From: Lachnospiraceae bacterium | GTDB lineage: Bacteria > Bacillota > Clostridia > Lachnospirales > Lachnospiraceae | Reading direction: 5' to 3' | DNA length: 64,000 nt | Assembly: GCA_900771995.1 (NCBI GenBank) | Contig: CAAGQC010000007.1 | Span: forward strand, 2,852-66,851 | Shown here: one piece after another, positions 19,037 to 28,600 of the stretch | Position numbering within the stretch: position 1 is the first letter of the stretch | Layout: every line of letters begins with the position of its first letter | Position numbers and translations under genes: made by a program | Notes under the pieces: generated by a model | Told to the model about the DNA's origin: nothing | Seen by the model: only the letters and a program-made list of their open reading frames with translations | Database searches by the model: none

Positions 19037-19080
19037 AATATTGCGTACCAAAACACCGGCAGACGGAGAAAAACCAACTG

Positions 19081-19455
19081 CAGGTATCCTATTATAAAGC
19101 AATCGGAAAAGACAAACTGCTGAAAGCCGCAGAGCGCTTCGCCGACTATGTAGCAGACCACTTTGGCACCGCCGAGGGAAAATGTAAAGGGTATTCAGGC
19201 CATGAATTACTGGTGGATCCAGATATGCAGCCGGAGATCGTATCCGGTAAAATCTGTGAAACAAAAGTACCTGTGGTCGAGGTCAACGGATTCCGCAAAA
19301 AAGCAGCCTCCTCCACTGGGGAAAAGGCTGCCTCGCTTTATCGTACCTATGAAGCTCCTGTAAAAAACAGAGTAAGACTTCATTTCATTCCATATTATAC
19401 CTGGGCAAACCGTGGTGAAAACGAAATGCAGGTATGGACCCGCATATCGGATTAG
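19081..19455 (+). pseudogene. GH127 beta-L-arabinofuranosidase remnant with large internal deletion
   Basis: VSYYKAIGKDKLLKAAERFADYVADHFG..EGK.KGYSGHE joined in frame to C-terminal LHFIPYYTWANRGENEMQVW; no start codon. Confidence 0.75.
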
Positions 19456-21191
19456 ATGACTTCCGCATCCACTCTGGTGACGATTTCCTGGGTTCCCTTG
19501 CGGATGTGGTATTTCACTGCAGGGATCTTGGTCTTGGTGTAGAGCAGGTTGGTGTTGGGATCTACGGTGATCATGTGACCCACGGGCGGCTTGTCTTCCA
19601 TCTCGTTGGTCTGTGCATTTTCACCCGGTACCGCACTGACGGTGCAGCTGCAGAATTCGTTGCTGGCCTGGGCGGATGCGCCGTCCACCTTTTCTGCAAA
19701 ACCGATCTCTTCAAAATCGCCTCTGCTGACGGCAAATCCACAGTCGTATGCCACGCAGTCGATATCACTGGTGATCTTGTGCACTCTGGTGTGGCCGCCT
19801 GCATCCGGGGTGATGGTGGTCTCTACCGTGATGCCGGGATAGGGGCTCCATTTCGACCAGACTCCGGTCTCCGTGATCTTCGATGTCTCGCAGATCCGGC
19901 GCACATAGACATAACCGTCGATCCAGAACGCCAACATATTGTCTGGCGCATTCTCATGCAGTTCGTAGCAGGATTTCGCCACGCTGATGCTGAACCGGGT
20001 ATCGTAGGCGAATTTTCCGTATTTTGCCACGATCTGTCCATGTCCGTTGGGGCTGTAGACACCCGGTGCAAATGCCGTGGTGTGATTGCCGTAATGGTAG
20101 ACGAACAGGTCGGCGTATTTCTGGGGGCAGGCCGGTGTCAGCTTCGGCAGCGGCGCTTCTTCCGCGCTCCAGAAGGGATGATCGTCGGGAAGCAGTAAAA
20201 AGGCGAATACTTTCATGCCCCAGTAAGGAGAACCGGGAGCATTGTACCGCTCTGCCATGGTCAGATTCGGGTAACCGTAGCCGATGGTCAGCACATGATC
20301 TCTGTCGAAAATCGGACGTTTCAGCCAGGTGCGCAGATGTCTTGCGATCAGGCCCTTCATTACGGGAACTGGGAACGGCTCCAGTCCTGCCAGCAGGCAG
20401 ACACTGAAAAAGCTTACCTGAGAGAAACGATAGGTCAGGGATCTGCCGAAAGGAATAGCCTCGCCCTCTTCGTCGAACCAGTAGATGAACTGCTTTGCGA
20501 ATTCCATGGCTCTCGCCTTGTATTTTTTCGCCCGCTCCGGGTCATCTTTTTCCATTATTACCGCATAGATCAGGCTGTAGAAATGGATAGCGAAGGAGAT
20601 ATAATAGTCCTTCTGTCCGGAATCTCCGTCCTGATACCAGCCTTCACCCAGATAGAAGGTCTCCAGTCCTTCCAGATATTCCTCCAGCATCTCGGGGCTG
20701 TACCGGCGTCCTACCTTTTTCATGGCAATGTTTACCAGTACGGCGAACAGGATCCAGTTGCAGACCGGCAGGGGATGCTCATTGATCTTGTTTAAGTAGT
20801 TGCAGAGATTCTCTTTTTGCTCTTCCGTGAGGGGATCCCATACCACTTCGGGAGCAAACATGATGCCGTAGGAAATGGCCGCCATCTCTACGAATCGCTG
20901 GTCAAAGGAAGTGCACTCTCCCCAGTATTCCGGGTTCTTCTCATCGGTTCCGGCCGTCAGGCCCTTGCGATAGATTTCTTCGAATTCCGGCTCTTTTCCG
21001 CCACCCGCCCAGAAGGGCACCAGTCCCCATAAAGGACGGGAAAATGCTTCCATCCAGGTGGCACCGATGTCATAATGCGCCATGGTAACCCCCAGGGTCA
21101 GTCTTGCCTTTTCCTCACTGTAATAAGGCTTTAACGGCTCTAAGATAGATAACATACAGTCCTGAAAATCTTTTTTGGTATGTAAGTTCAT
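19452..21191 (-). CDS. DUF2264 protein (GH154-like glucuronidase candidate)
   Basis: EAFSRPLWG, DQRFVEMA, NWILF, GWY.DG, DYY..FAIH, GRSLTYRF, E.Y..PGSPYW. Confidence 0.85.
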   Translation of the reverse strand: MNLHTKKDFQDCMLSILEPLKPYYSEEKARLTLGVTMAHYDIGATWMEAFSRPLWGLVPFWAGGGKEPEFEEIYRKGLTAGTDEKNPEYWGECTSFDQRFVEMAAISYGIMFAPEVVWDPLTEEQKENLCNYLNKINEHPLPVCNWILFAVLVNIAMKKVGRRYSPEMLEEYLEGLETFYLGEGWYQDGDSGQKDYYISFAIHFYSLIYAVIMEKDDPERAKKYKARAMEFAKQFIYWFDEEGEAIPFGRSLTYRFSQVSFFSVCLLAGLEPFPVPVMKGLIARHLRTWLKRPIFDRDHVLTIGYGYPNLTMAERYNAPGSPYWGMKVFAFLLLPDDHPFWSAEEAPLPKLTPACPQKYADLFVYHYGNHTTAFAPGVYSPNGHGQIVAKYGKFAYDTRFSISVAKSCYELHENAPDNMLAFWIDGYVYVRRICETSKITETGVWSKWSPYPGITVETTITPDAGGHTRVHKITSDIDCVAYDCGFAVSRGDFEEIGFAEKVDGASAQASNEFCSCTVSAVPGENAQTNEMEDKPPVGHMITVDPNTNLLYTKTKIPAVKYHIRKGTQEIVTRVDAEVI

Positions 21192-21192
21192 T

Positions 21193-22365
21193 TTACCAGT
21201 ATTCCCTCCAGTCTTTTAACAGTCTGGTCAGTGCCTCCATGTAGAAGTAGTCTCCCCAGGAATTGCACTCGTCCACGCCGTAATGATTACAGGTATTATA
21301 AGGAGAATGGTTGGAGTAAGTGCTGTGCAGTACCAGGCCGTTGGATTCCTTGGGATCCTTTACGGCATAGCCCACATAGACAGACCGCATGATCTGTTTT
21401 GCCAGCGTAGTATAATGCTCTGCCTCTTCCGGCTCCAGATATTTTGCCATCTCCAGCATACCGCAGGCTGCGATGGAGGCGGAGGAAGAATCTCTCGGCT
21501 GGTCATCCCCATCGGTAAACTCCAGATCCCAGTAAGGTACCAGATCCTTCGGCAGATGTGCCAGGAAATATTCCGTTACATGGCGGAACAGGTCTATATA
21601 TTCTTTTCTTCCGGTATAACGGTAAGCCAGTGCCATACCGTAGACACCCCAGGCCTGGCCTCTCGCCCAGGCGGAACCGTCGCGGTAACCCTGACAGGTG
21701 GCGCCATGATCCGGCGCTCCCGTCTTCATATCGAAGAAGAAGGTATGCCAGGTGGAATAATCCTCCCGGATCACATTGGCTACTGCCGTATGAATGTGCT
21801 TCTCTGCAATGTCACGATACTTCGGATCCCCGGTCTCATCGGATGCCCAGTACAGCAAAGGCAGATTCAGCAGGCAGTCAATGATCAGGCAGTAATTCTC
21901 CGGGGCATCCATGGGCCCCCAGGCCTGAATGAATTCACCTATGGGATGATAGCGGGTGATGAGCTGGTCTGCTGCCTTGATGGCCGCTTCCCTGCCCTCC
22001 CTGCTGCCGATCAGCTTATAGGCTGCCACGCAGGAAGGGGAATACAGAAATCCCATATCATGATGGTCTACTTCGATCTTATTGTCAATACGGTCCAAAA
22101 AGCTCTTGACCTGAACCTCGCCCGCTTTTTTCAGGCGCTCGTCCTGTGAATATTCGTAAGCCAGCCAGATCTCTCCGGTCCAGAATCCGCAGGTCCAGTA
22201 ATTGTTCGGAATGGGCTGGTAAAAACCGTTCTCGCTGTAGGCCTTCTGGAACTGGTCGGTAAACTCCGGCAGATCCCGGATCACCTGCTCCGTGGAAAAC
22301 TGCAATGCCTCTCTGATCTCCGCATCTGTGATCTGCGGATATTTCTTTTCGTCAAATGTTATCAT
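21193..22365 (-). CDS. GH88 unsaturated glucuronyl hydrolase
   Basis: WTCGFWTG, HHDMGF, IIDCLLNL, WARGQAW, RDSS, WGDYFY.EAL. Confidence 0.93.
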   Translation of the reverse strand: MITFDEKKYPQITDAEIREALQFSTEQVIRDLPEFTDQFQKAYSENGFYQPIPNNYWTCGFWTGEIWLAYEYSQDERLKKAGEVQVKSFLDRIDNKIEVDHHDMGFLYSPSCVAAYKLIGSREGREAAIKAADQLITRYHPIGEFIQAWGPMDAPENYCLIIDCLLNLPLLYWASDETGDPKYRDIAEKHIHTAVANVIREDYSTWHTFFFDMKTGAPDHGATCQGYRDGSAWARGQAWGVYGMALAYRYTGRKEYIDLFRHVTEYFLAHLPKDLVPYWDLEFTDGDDQPRDSSSASIAACGMLEMAKYLEPEEAEHYTTLAKQIMRSVYVGYAVKDPKESNGLVLHSTYSNHSPYNTCNHYGVDECNSWGDYFYMEALTRLLKDWREYW

Positions 22366-22441
22366 AATTTTTCCCTTTTCTTTATTATACAAGCCTGTGA
22401 CATGGAACCGGCACAGGCTTGTGAAAATACATTGTTATCCG

Positions 22442-23281
22442 TTATCCCTTCAGTCCCGTAGAAGCAACTCCTTCTACGAAGTATTTCTGCAATACCAGGA
22501 ATACGATCAGTACCGGGATCAATGACAATACTGATCCTGCCATGATCAGACCGTAATCGGAGGAATACTGGCTGATGAACATTTTTAATCCCAGCTGGAT
22601 GGTCTTCTTCTCCTGGCTCTTCAAGTAGATCAGGGGTCCCAGATAGTCGTTCCAGGTAGCCACGAAGGTGAAGATCGTCAGTGTGGACAGTGCCGGTTTC
22701 GACAGCGGCAGCATGATGCTGGCGTAGATCCGGTACTCACTCATACCGTCGATTCTGGCGGCTTCGCACAGATCGTCGGGAATGCCTTCATAGAACTGCT
22801 TCATCATAAATACACCGAAAGCGGAGAACGCCTGCAGGCAGATCATAGCCAACAGCTTATCATTCAGTCCCATTTTTCTCATCATAATGAACTGGGGCAC
22901 CATGTATACCTGCCAGGGCATTGCGATGGTCGCGATGTATGCCAGGAACAATCCGGTCTTATGACGGAAGTCCAGTTTTGCGAAGGAATATGCTGCAAAA
23001 CTACTGGTCAGTAACTGTAAGAAAGTAACGATCAAAGTTAAGTATACCGTATTTCCCACAAATCTGCCAAAAGGAATCTTCGTCCAGATGGTCAGGTAGT
23101 TATCCCACTTGGGGTTCGCCGGAATCCACACAAACGGATTCATCTGGAATACTTCTCTGTCGCTCTTGATGGATGCGGAAAGCATCCACAGGAAAGGAAT
23201 GATCATGACCACTGCGATCAGAATCAGAATCGCATATACGATCACTTTGCCTAAAACGGCTTTTTTATGTGCTGATTTCAT
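22442..23281 (-). CDS. Carbohydrate ABC transporter permease
   Basis: EAARIDG motif, WNDYL.P, six TM helices. Confidence 0.95.
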   Translation of the reverse strand: MKSAHKKAVLGKVIVYAILILIAVVMIIPFLWMLSASIKSDREVFQMNPFVWIPANPKWDNYLTIWTKIPFGRFVGNTVYLTLIVTFLQLLTSSFAAYSFAKLDFRHKTGLFLAYIATIAMPWQVYMVPQFIMMRKMGLNDKLLAMICLQAFSAFGVFMMKQFYEGIPDDLCEAARIDGMSEYRIYASIMLPLSKPALSTLTIFTFVATWNDYLGPLIYLKSQEKKTIQLGLKMFISQYSSDYGLIMAGSVLSLIPVLIVFLVLQKYFVEGVASTGLKG

Positions 23282-23295
23282 AATCTGTGCGCCTC

Positions 23296-24087
23296 CTAAC
23301 GTTTTACCCTGCCGTACACTTCAATCTGACTCAGTGCCGGGAAGGGGGATGGATCTTCTGCTTTGATCAGGTTACAAAGCTCCAGCCAGGTAATCTCTTT
23401 CTCGGGGATTGGCAGTACATGTGCCCTGCTGCTCTTCTCCAGCGAGAACTCCTGCTCACTGCCATCGGAGAATCTTATGGTTACCTGCTGCCACCAGTTG
23501 TCATGGGGAAAATCGGATCTGGTGTACAACACGATCTTGTCTGCCAGTACCGGTCTGCCGAAGTCCAGCTTCATGGCTGCGTCATCCTGCATGTTGATAC
23601 CCCAGGATTCGTAGGGCCATTCTCCGTGGGAGCGGTTCGCCCGGACACCGTCGATGGCATTTTTCGCTGCGAATACGCTCTCGCCTCTGGTCTCCACATT
23701 GGCTGTGGCGTGCGGATAACAGGGGACATCCATATGCTGGTCTGCCGGATTTAGTGCCAGATTCCGGTAAGCTGTGATCTCATCTTCTCTTGCCACTTCC
23801 GCATAGAGATAATGCTTATTGCCGGAAAATACCTTGGGGGACATGCTGATCCTTTTTTCTCCGAAGGGAACATAATAGGATACGTTATCGGTTATGTATA
23901 CGAATGCATCTCCCAGTGCATCATCCACCTGTAAATGTACATGTATGTTTTTCTCGTCGGTCTCCAGTACGATCCGGTCACCCTCTTCATAGGTGTGGGT
24001 GCAGACCAGATCCACGAAGTCCTCACCGCTGCTGACGCAGATGGTGTTGCTGTCCTTATCGAGGACCTTCAAAGCCAAGATTGCCAT
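23296..24087 (-). CDS. Uncharacterised galactose-binding-like (beta-sandwich) protein
   Basis: NLAL, A.NAIDG, LDFGRPV....I.LY.R.D, L..IEVYG resemble F5/8-type C fold; no signal peptide. Confidence 0.7.
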   Translation of the reverse strand: MAILALKVLDKDSNTICVSSGEDFVDLVCTHTYEEGDRIVLETDEKNIHVHLQVDDALGDAFVYITDNVSYYVPFGEKRISMSPKVFSGNKHYLYAEVAREDEITAYRNLALNPADQHMDVPCYPHATANVETRGESVFAAKNAIDGVRANRSHGEWPYESWGINMQDDAAMKLDFGRPVLADKIVLYTRSDFPHDNWWQQVTIRFSDGSEQEFSLEKSSRAHVLPIPEKEITWLELCNLIKAEDPSPFPALSQIEVYGRVKR

Positions 24088-24986
24088 TATGCTTTCTCCC
24101 TCTTCGCCTGACCACGGAACTGGATGATCGTTACGAACAGTACCATCAGGAACAGTACCATTGCTACAGAACTGGAGTAGCCCAGATCCCAGTCGATAAA
24201 TGCTTTCTGATAGATGTAGTATACGAGAACGGTTGCGGATGTGGTCAACTCACCGCTTCCACCACCCGCCAGCATGATGGCGATATCGTACACCTTAAAA
24301 CAGTTGATGGTCAGCATGACTACTACGAAGAAAGTCGTGGAGGACAGCTGCGGCCAGGTCACATAGCGGAATTTCTGCCAGGTGTTTGCACCGTCCAGGC
24401 TGGCTGCTTCATACAGTTCGGAGGAAATACCCTGCAGGCCTGCCAGATAGATGACCATGTAATAACCCATGTATTTCCATACACTGAACAGGATCATGGA
24501 GAACAGTACCAGTCCGCCGGTGAACCACTGAGGAAGCTGATCCTGCGGTACGTTGAATACATTTAACAGGATGTTGTTCACAGGTCCCTTGGAGGGGTGG
24601 AACAGCATTTTCCATACTGCGGTGATTGCTACCAGAGATGCTACATATGGGAAAAAGGAAAGAGTTCTGAAAATGCCTCTTCCTATTACTTTCTGATTTA
24701 ACACGATAGCCAGTGCCAGAGATGCGATCATGGTCAGAGGCACGGTACCGATACAATAGATAATGGTATTTTTAAATGCTGCGATAAAGAAGGTGTCTTT
24801 CCACAGTCTTGTAAAATTGCTGAGGCCCGCCCACTGGATCGGGTTACTTCCGTCCCATTTCATAAAAGCAAGGGCAAAGGCAAAAATAATGGGGATCAGG
24901 GTAAATACGCAGAAACCGATAAAGTTAGGTGCAATAAAGGAGTAGGCCACCAGATCTCTTTTGGTTTGACGGCTTAATTTCCGCAT
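24087..24986 (-). CDS. Carbohydrate ABC transporter permease
   Basis: LAGLQGI..ELYEAASLDGA..WQ.F..VT.P. Confidence 0.95.
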   Translation of the reverse strand: MRKLSRQTKRDLVAYSFIAPNFIGFCVFTLIPIIFAFALAFMKWDGSNPIQWAGLSNFTRLWKDTFFIAAFKNTIIYCIGTVPLTMIASLALAIVLNQKVIGRGIFRTLSFFPYVASLVAITAVWKMLFHPSKGPVNNILLNVFNVPQDQLPQWFTGGLVLFSMILFSVWKYMGYYMVIYLAGLQGISSELYEAASLDGANTWQKFRYVTWPQLSSTTFFVVVMLTINCFKVYDIAIMLAGGGSGELTTSATVLVYYIYQKAFIDWDLGYSSSVAMVLFLMVLFVTIIQFRGQAKREKA

Positions 24987-25041
24987 AACAATTCTCCTTT
25001 CAAACGCTTTTTGTGTCATCTTTTGCGTCTTTTTTGATAAG

Positions 25042-25068
25042 AAAGGGGCCGTAGGTACGACCCCTCTG
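25042..25068 (-). terminator. Hairpin after solute-binding protein gene
   Basis: AGGGGCCGTA-gg-TACGACCCCT inverted repeat. Confidence 0.5.
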
Positions 25069-25124
25069 TCTTATTCAACATTCAACAAACATTCCATACT
25101 TTAACTTTATAAGAAAGATCTTAA

Positions 25125-26489
25125 TTACTGAGCCTGGATGTCAGCAACTGCCTTGTTCATTGCTTCGATACCTTCGTCAATGGTCATCTCACCGGTCATG
25201 ATACTTCCATGATAGGAATCCAGAACGGAGTTGATCTCAGATACGTTAGGAGCATAAGGAACTTCCAGGTACAGGTTGGATACAGTCAGAGCCTCTTTGC
25301 TGGCTTCGTCGGTAGGGAATCCTTCCAGGCCGGAGATCATATCTACTACTTCGTCAGTCATGATTGCAGGGAAGTTACCGCTGGAAGCCATAACTGCTGC
25401 ACCTTCTTCACCGCTTACCCACTTAACGAAATCCCAGGATGCATCGGGAGTATCACTTGCAGTGGCAACAGCCAGGCCAGTGATAGTACCCAGAGTAGAA
25501 CCTGCTTCTACGCCATCAGCATGAGGATACTTAACAATACCCCAGTTACCGCACAGGCTGGAATCATATTCGCCGGACTGTAAGTTGGTGATCATGGTTC
25601 CGATGAACCAGGAACCCATGTTCATCATAGCTACATCTCCACCGGAGAATGCTGCGGAATAGTGTAAGCCTTCGGTCTTCAGATCCGTGTACTTTCTGCA
25701 TACGCCATCAGCTTCCTGATTCAGAACCATTTCATAATAAGGCTTGAAGAAATCATAGTTACCATCCAGAATGGTGTGTTTACCGTCCAGAACACCGAAC
25801 AGCTGAACTGCACTTCTCCAGGTGTGATAATGAGCGCCGTATACCTGAGAACCGAAGGTGGTATCGGTCATCTCTCTTGCCAGAGCATCGTACTCTTCAA
25901 AGGTCATATCATTGGTAGGATAAGCAACGCCCTTAGCATCGAACAGATCCTTGTTGTAGAACAGTACCCAGAAGTCATTTCTGAAAGGCAGTTCATACAG
26001 GCTTCCGTCTACAGTTACCTGATCGGTAACACCTGCGTATTTGCTTAAATCTACGCCATCTTTGGAGATGTAGTCATCCAGAGCGAGGATGGAACCCTTC
26101 TGTACCAGAGTTGCATATCCAGGTACATCCTTGATGGTTACTACATCGAAATCAGATCCGCTACCGGAAAGCTCGGTGGCCAGAACGGTCATGTAATCGG
26201 TAGAACCAAGGTCAACCATCTCAATGGTTACACCGGGATGAGATGCTTCATATGCATCCTTAATGTCGCCCCAGTACTGTGTGGTCTCCTGATCCCAGAT
26301 AGCCCACTTTAAAGTAACTTCTTCTGCGGGTGCTGCTTCGGTGGAAGCTGCTGCAGCCTCGGTAGTTGCTGCTGCGGGTGCCTCACCGGTGGAAGCTGCT
26401 GTGCTGCCGTTGTCGGAGCTGCCGCATCCTGCAAGCATGGTAGTCATCATTGCTGCTGTCAGTACTAAACTTAATACTTTCTTTTTCAT
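25125..26489 (-). CDS. Sugar ABC transporter solute-binding lipoprotein
   Basis: MKKK signal, LAGC lipobox, Ala-rich linker, LFYNKDLFD. Confidence 0.95.
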   Translation of the reverse strand: MKKKVLSLVLTAAMMTTMLAGCGSSDNGSTAASTGEAPAAATTEAAAASTEAAPAEEVTLKWAIWDQETTQYWGDIKDAYEASHPGVTIEMVDLGSTDYMTVLATELSGSGSDFDVVTIKDVPGYATLVQKGSILALDDYISKDGVDLSKYAGVTDQVTVDGSLYELPFRNDFWVLFYNKDLFDAKGVAYPTNDMTFEEYDALAREMTDTTFGSQVYGAHYHTWRSAVQLFGVLDGKHTILDGNYDFFKPYYEMVLNQEADGVCRKYTDLKTEGLHYSAAFSGGDVAMMNMGSWFIGTMITNLQSGEYDSSLCGNWGIVKYPHADGVEAGSTLGTITGLAVATASDTPDASWDFVKWVSGEEGAAVMASSGNFPAIMTDEVVDMISGLEGFPTDEASKEALTVSNLYLEVPYAPNVSEINSVLDSYHGSIMTGEMTIDEGIEAMNKAVADIQAQ

Positions 26490-26750
26490 GTAAACCCTCC
26501 TGTTAATTTGATACTTCGTTGTGTGTCCCGGATCCGTTTTATCGGTTCCTTGACTGTAACTAAAGTATAACGAAAAAGGCCGGGACATGACATGGAAAAA
26601 TTTATAATAGTATTCACAATTTTTTATAATTTCTTTATATTTTTTCTGAAAGCGCTTACTGAAAATGTATTTTTTTATTTTAATATGCACTTTTTTTAGC
26701 ATCTTATTTTTCCAACTACCTTTTTTCCTCCGTTATGTTATACTGAATGC

Positions 26751-28562
26751 ATGAAAAAGACTGTTTATCACTCAAAAAGCATCCGAAATCGCATATTGCT
26801 TTTCACTTTGAGCGCGATCCTTGGCATGTGTCTGTTGATCAGCCTGTTCAGCTACTATATTTTCCAGCATTATTTACAGAACACACTGATCCAGTCCACC
26901 GAGACCAGCCTGCGGCTGTTGTCGGAATCCATGGATTCCAGTATTAATGATGTCTATCGTCTGGTCCGCTATTGCCAGACCGATTCCAGCATCGCAAAGT
27001 ACATAGAGCATAATCCCAATCCCGGATCCGTATTATCAGTATCTACTTATGATTCCTTTAACGAGGAATGCAGCCGTAATGCTTCTTATAATTATATGCC
27101 TCGAATTGCCATTGTCTCGCAGGAGCATTATCTGCAGGTAGTTGCCACGACTTATTCCTCCACGGCAGATCTGGCGGAACAGATTCCTCTTCTTCCTTAT
27201 TATGAAGAATTACTGGCTGCGGATGATTATGATTTTTCTCCGGGAATCGTTGCGGATCCTTTTCACCGGGCCGGGCGGAAGGTGCTTCCCATTATCCGCC
27301 CCATCACCTACCAGTACAACAACAAGCAGGCCGGCTACTTATTTATAGAAGTCTCTGCGGATCTGTTTACCGTTCCGTTAAAAGACTACAGTTGTCCGGA
27401 GGACAGTTATCTCTATCTGACCATTGCAGATCATACTTATATTTTTGAAAATAATACTTTGCGAGAGTTTACACCGGACTACAGCCTGAAGGAAGATATG
27501 AGCGGCTCCTCCCTCACCGGCGACACCCGGATCTCCCGGATCCACAGTAACACCCGCGGGGAGCAGATCCTGGTGACCGCTGCCCTGGACATGCCGGACT
27601 GCTACTTAAGTCAGAGCATTTCCCATGCAGAGCGTACGAATCAGGCCGTTCTCTTCGTCGGGATCCTTGTGGGTATTCTGGTGGGTATCGTGTCCATCGG
27701 TATTGTGCTGATGCTCCTGATGAACCGTATGATCACCGTTCCCGTGTCCCATCTGCAATCCCGCATGGTACGAATCGCCGGGGGTGATTTCTCCAGAGAT
27801 CCTTCTATCGAATGGGATCACGAACTGGGAGATATCGGTCGGGGAATCAATGATCTGTCGGAAAATGTAGGTCAGCTCATGGAGCGACGGCTGGAAGATG
27901 AAAAGCAGAAACAGGATCTGGAATACAAGATGCTGCAAAGTCAGATCAATCCCCATTTCCTGTACAATACGCTGAATTCCATCAAATGGATGGCCACCAT
28001 ACAGGGAGCCAACGGCATCTCCGAGATGACGACTTCCCTGTCCCGGCTGCTGAAAAGTATCTCCAAGGGCACCAGCCTGTTAATTGATATCCGGGAAGAA
28101 CTGTCGCTGTTGGAAAATTATTTCACCATCCAGAGTTATCGTTACGGCGGCACCATTACCATGGATATTCAGGTGGATGACGAGAGCTTATACAACAGCC
28201 AGATCATCAAGTTTACATTACAGCCTCTGGTGGAGAATGCGATCTTCCACGGTATCGAACCCAAGGGCTGTGCCGGACACATTCAGATCCATGTAGGTTA
28301 TGAATCGCCGGACAGCACGGAAAACATCCGCATTGATGTGACGGATGACGGCGTGGGCATGACTGCGGAAAAGGCCGCACAGGTCTTAAGTTCCAACAAT
28401 GACAGTTCGGCAGATTTCTTTCGGGAGATCGGTGTCAGCAATGTACATAAGCGCCTGCAATATCAGTTCGGCGCAGAATACGGCATTACCATAGAAAGCA
28501 AAGAAGGCGAATATACGACCATGTCCATCCATATCCCGAATCGCCCTCTGGATCAAAAATAG
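26751..28562 (+). CDS. YesM/LytS-type sensor histidine kinase
   Basis: Two TM helices, HAMP, LQSQINPHFLYNTLN, LQPLVENAI.HG, DDGVG. Confidence 0.95.
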   Translation: MKKTVYHSKSIRNRILLFTLSAILGMCLLISLFSYYIFQHYLQNTLIQSTETSLRLLSESMDSSINDVYRLVRYCQTDSSIAKYIEHNPNPGSVLSVSTYDSFNEECSRNASYNYMPRIAIVSQEHYLQVVATTYSSTADLAEQIPLLPYYEELLAADDYDFSPGIVADPFHRAGRKVLPIIRPITYQYNNKQAGYLFIEVSADLFTVPLKDYSCPEDSYLYLTIADHTYIFENNTLREFTPDYSLKEDMSGSSLTGDTRISRIHSNTRGEQILVTAALDMPDCYLSQSISHAERTNQAVLFVGILVGILVGIVSIGIVLMLLMNRMITVPVSHLQSRMVRIAGGDFSRDPSIEWDHELGDIGRGINDLSENVGQLMERRLEDEKQKQDLEYKMLQSQINPHFLYNTLNSIKWMATIQGANGISEMTTSLSRLLKSISKGTSLLIDIREELSLLENYFTIQSYRYGGTITMDIQVDDESLYNSQIIKFTLQPLVENAIFHGIEPKGCAGHIQIHVGYESPDSTENIRIDVTDDGVGMTAEKAAQVLSSNNDSSADFFREIGVSNVHKRLQYQFGAEYGITIESKEGEYTTMSIHIPNRPLDQK

Positions 28563-28600
28563 ACTTATAGATATAAGAAATAAGGACACAAGGAGTTACC

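Noticed and set aside
21885..21895. GH88 reads YCLIID where I recall YRLIID (one transition)
   Set aside because: Both catalytic Asp residues are intact; the effect cannot be judged without an alignment
26340..26460. Repeated GGAAGCTGCT/GCTGCT units
   Set aside because: Encode the Ala/Thr/Glu-rich linker of the lipoprotein, which is ordinary for solute-binding proteins
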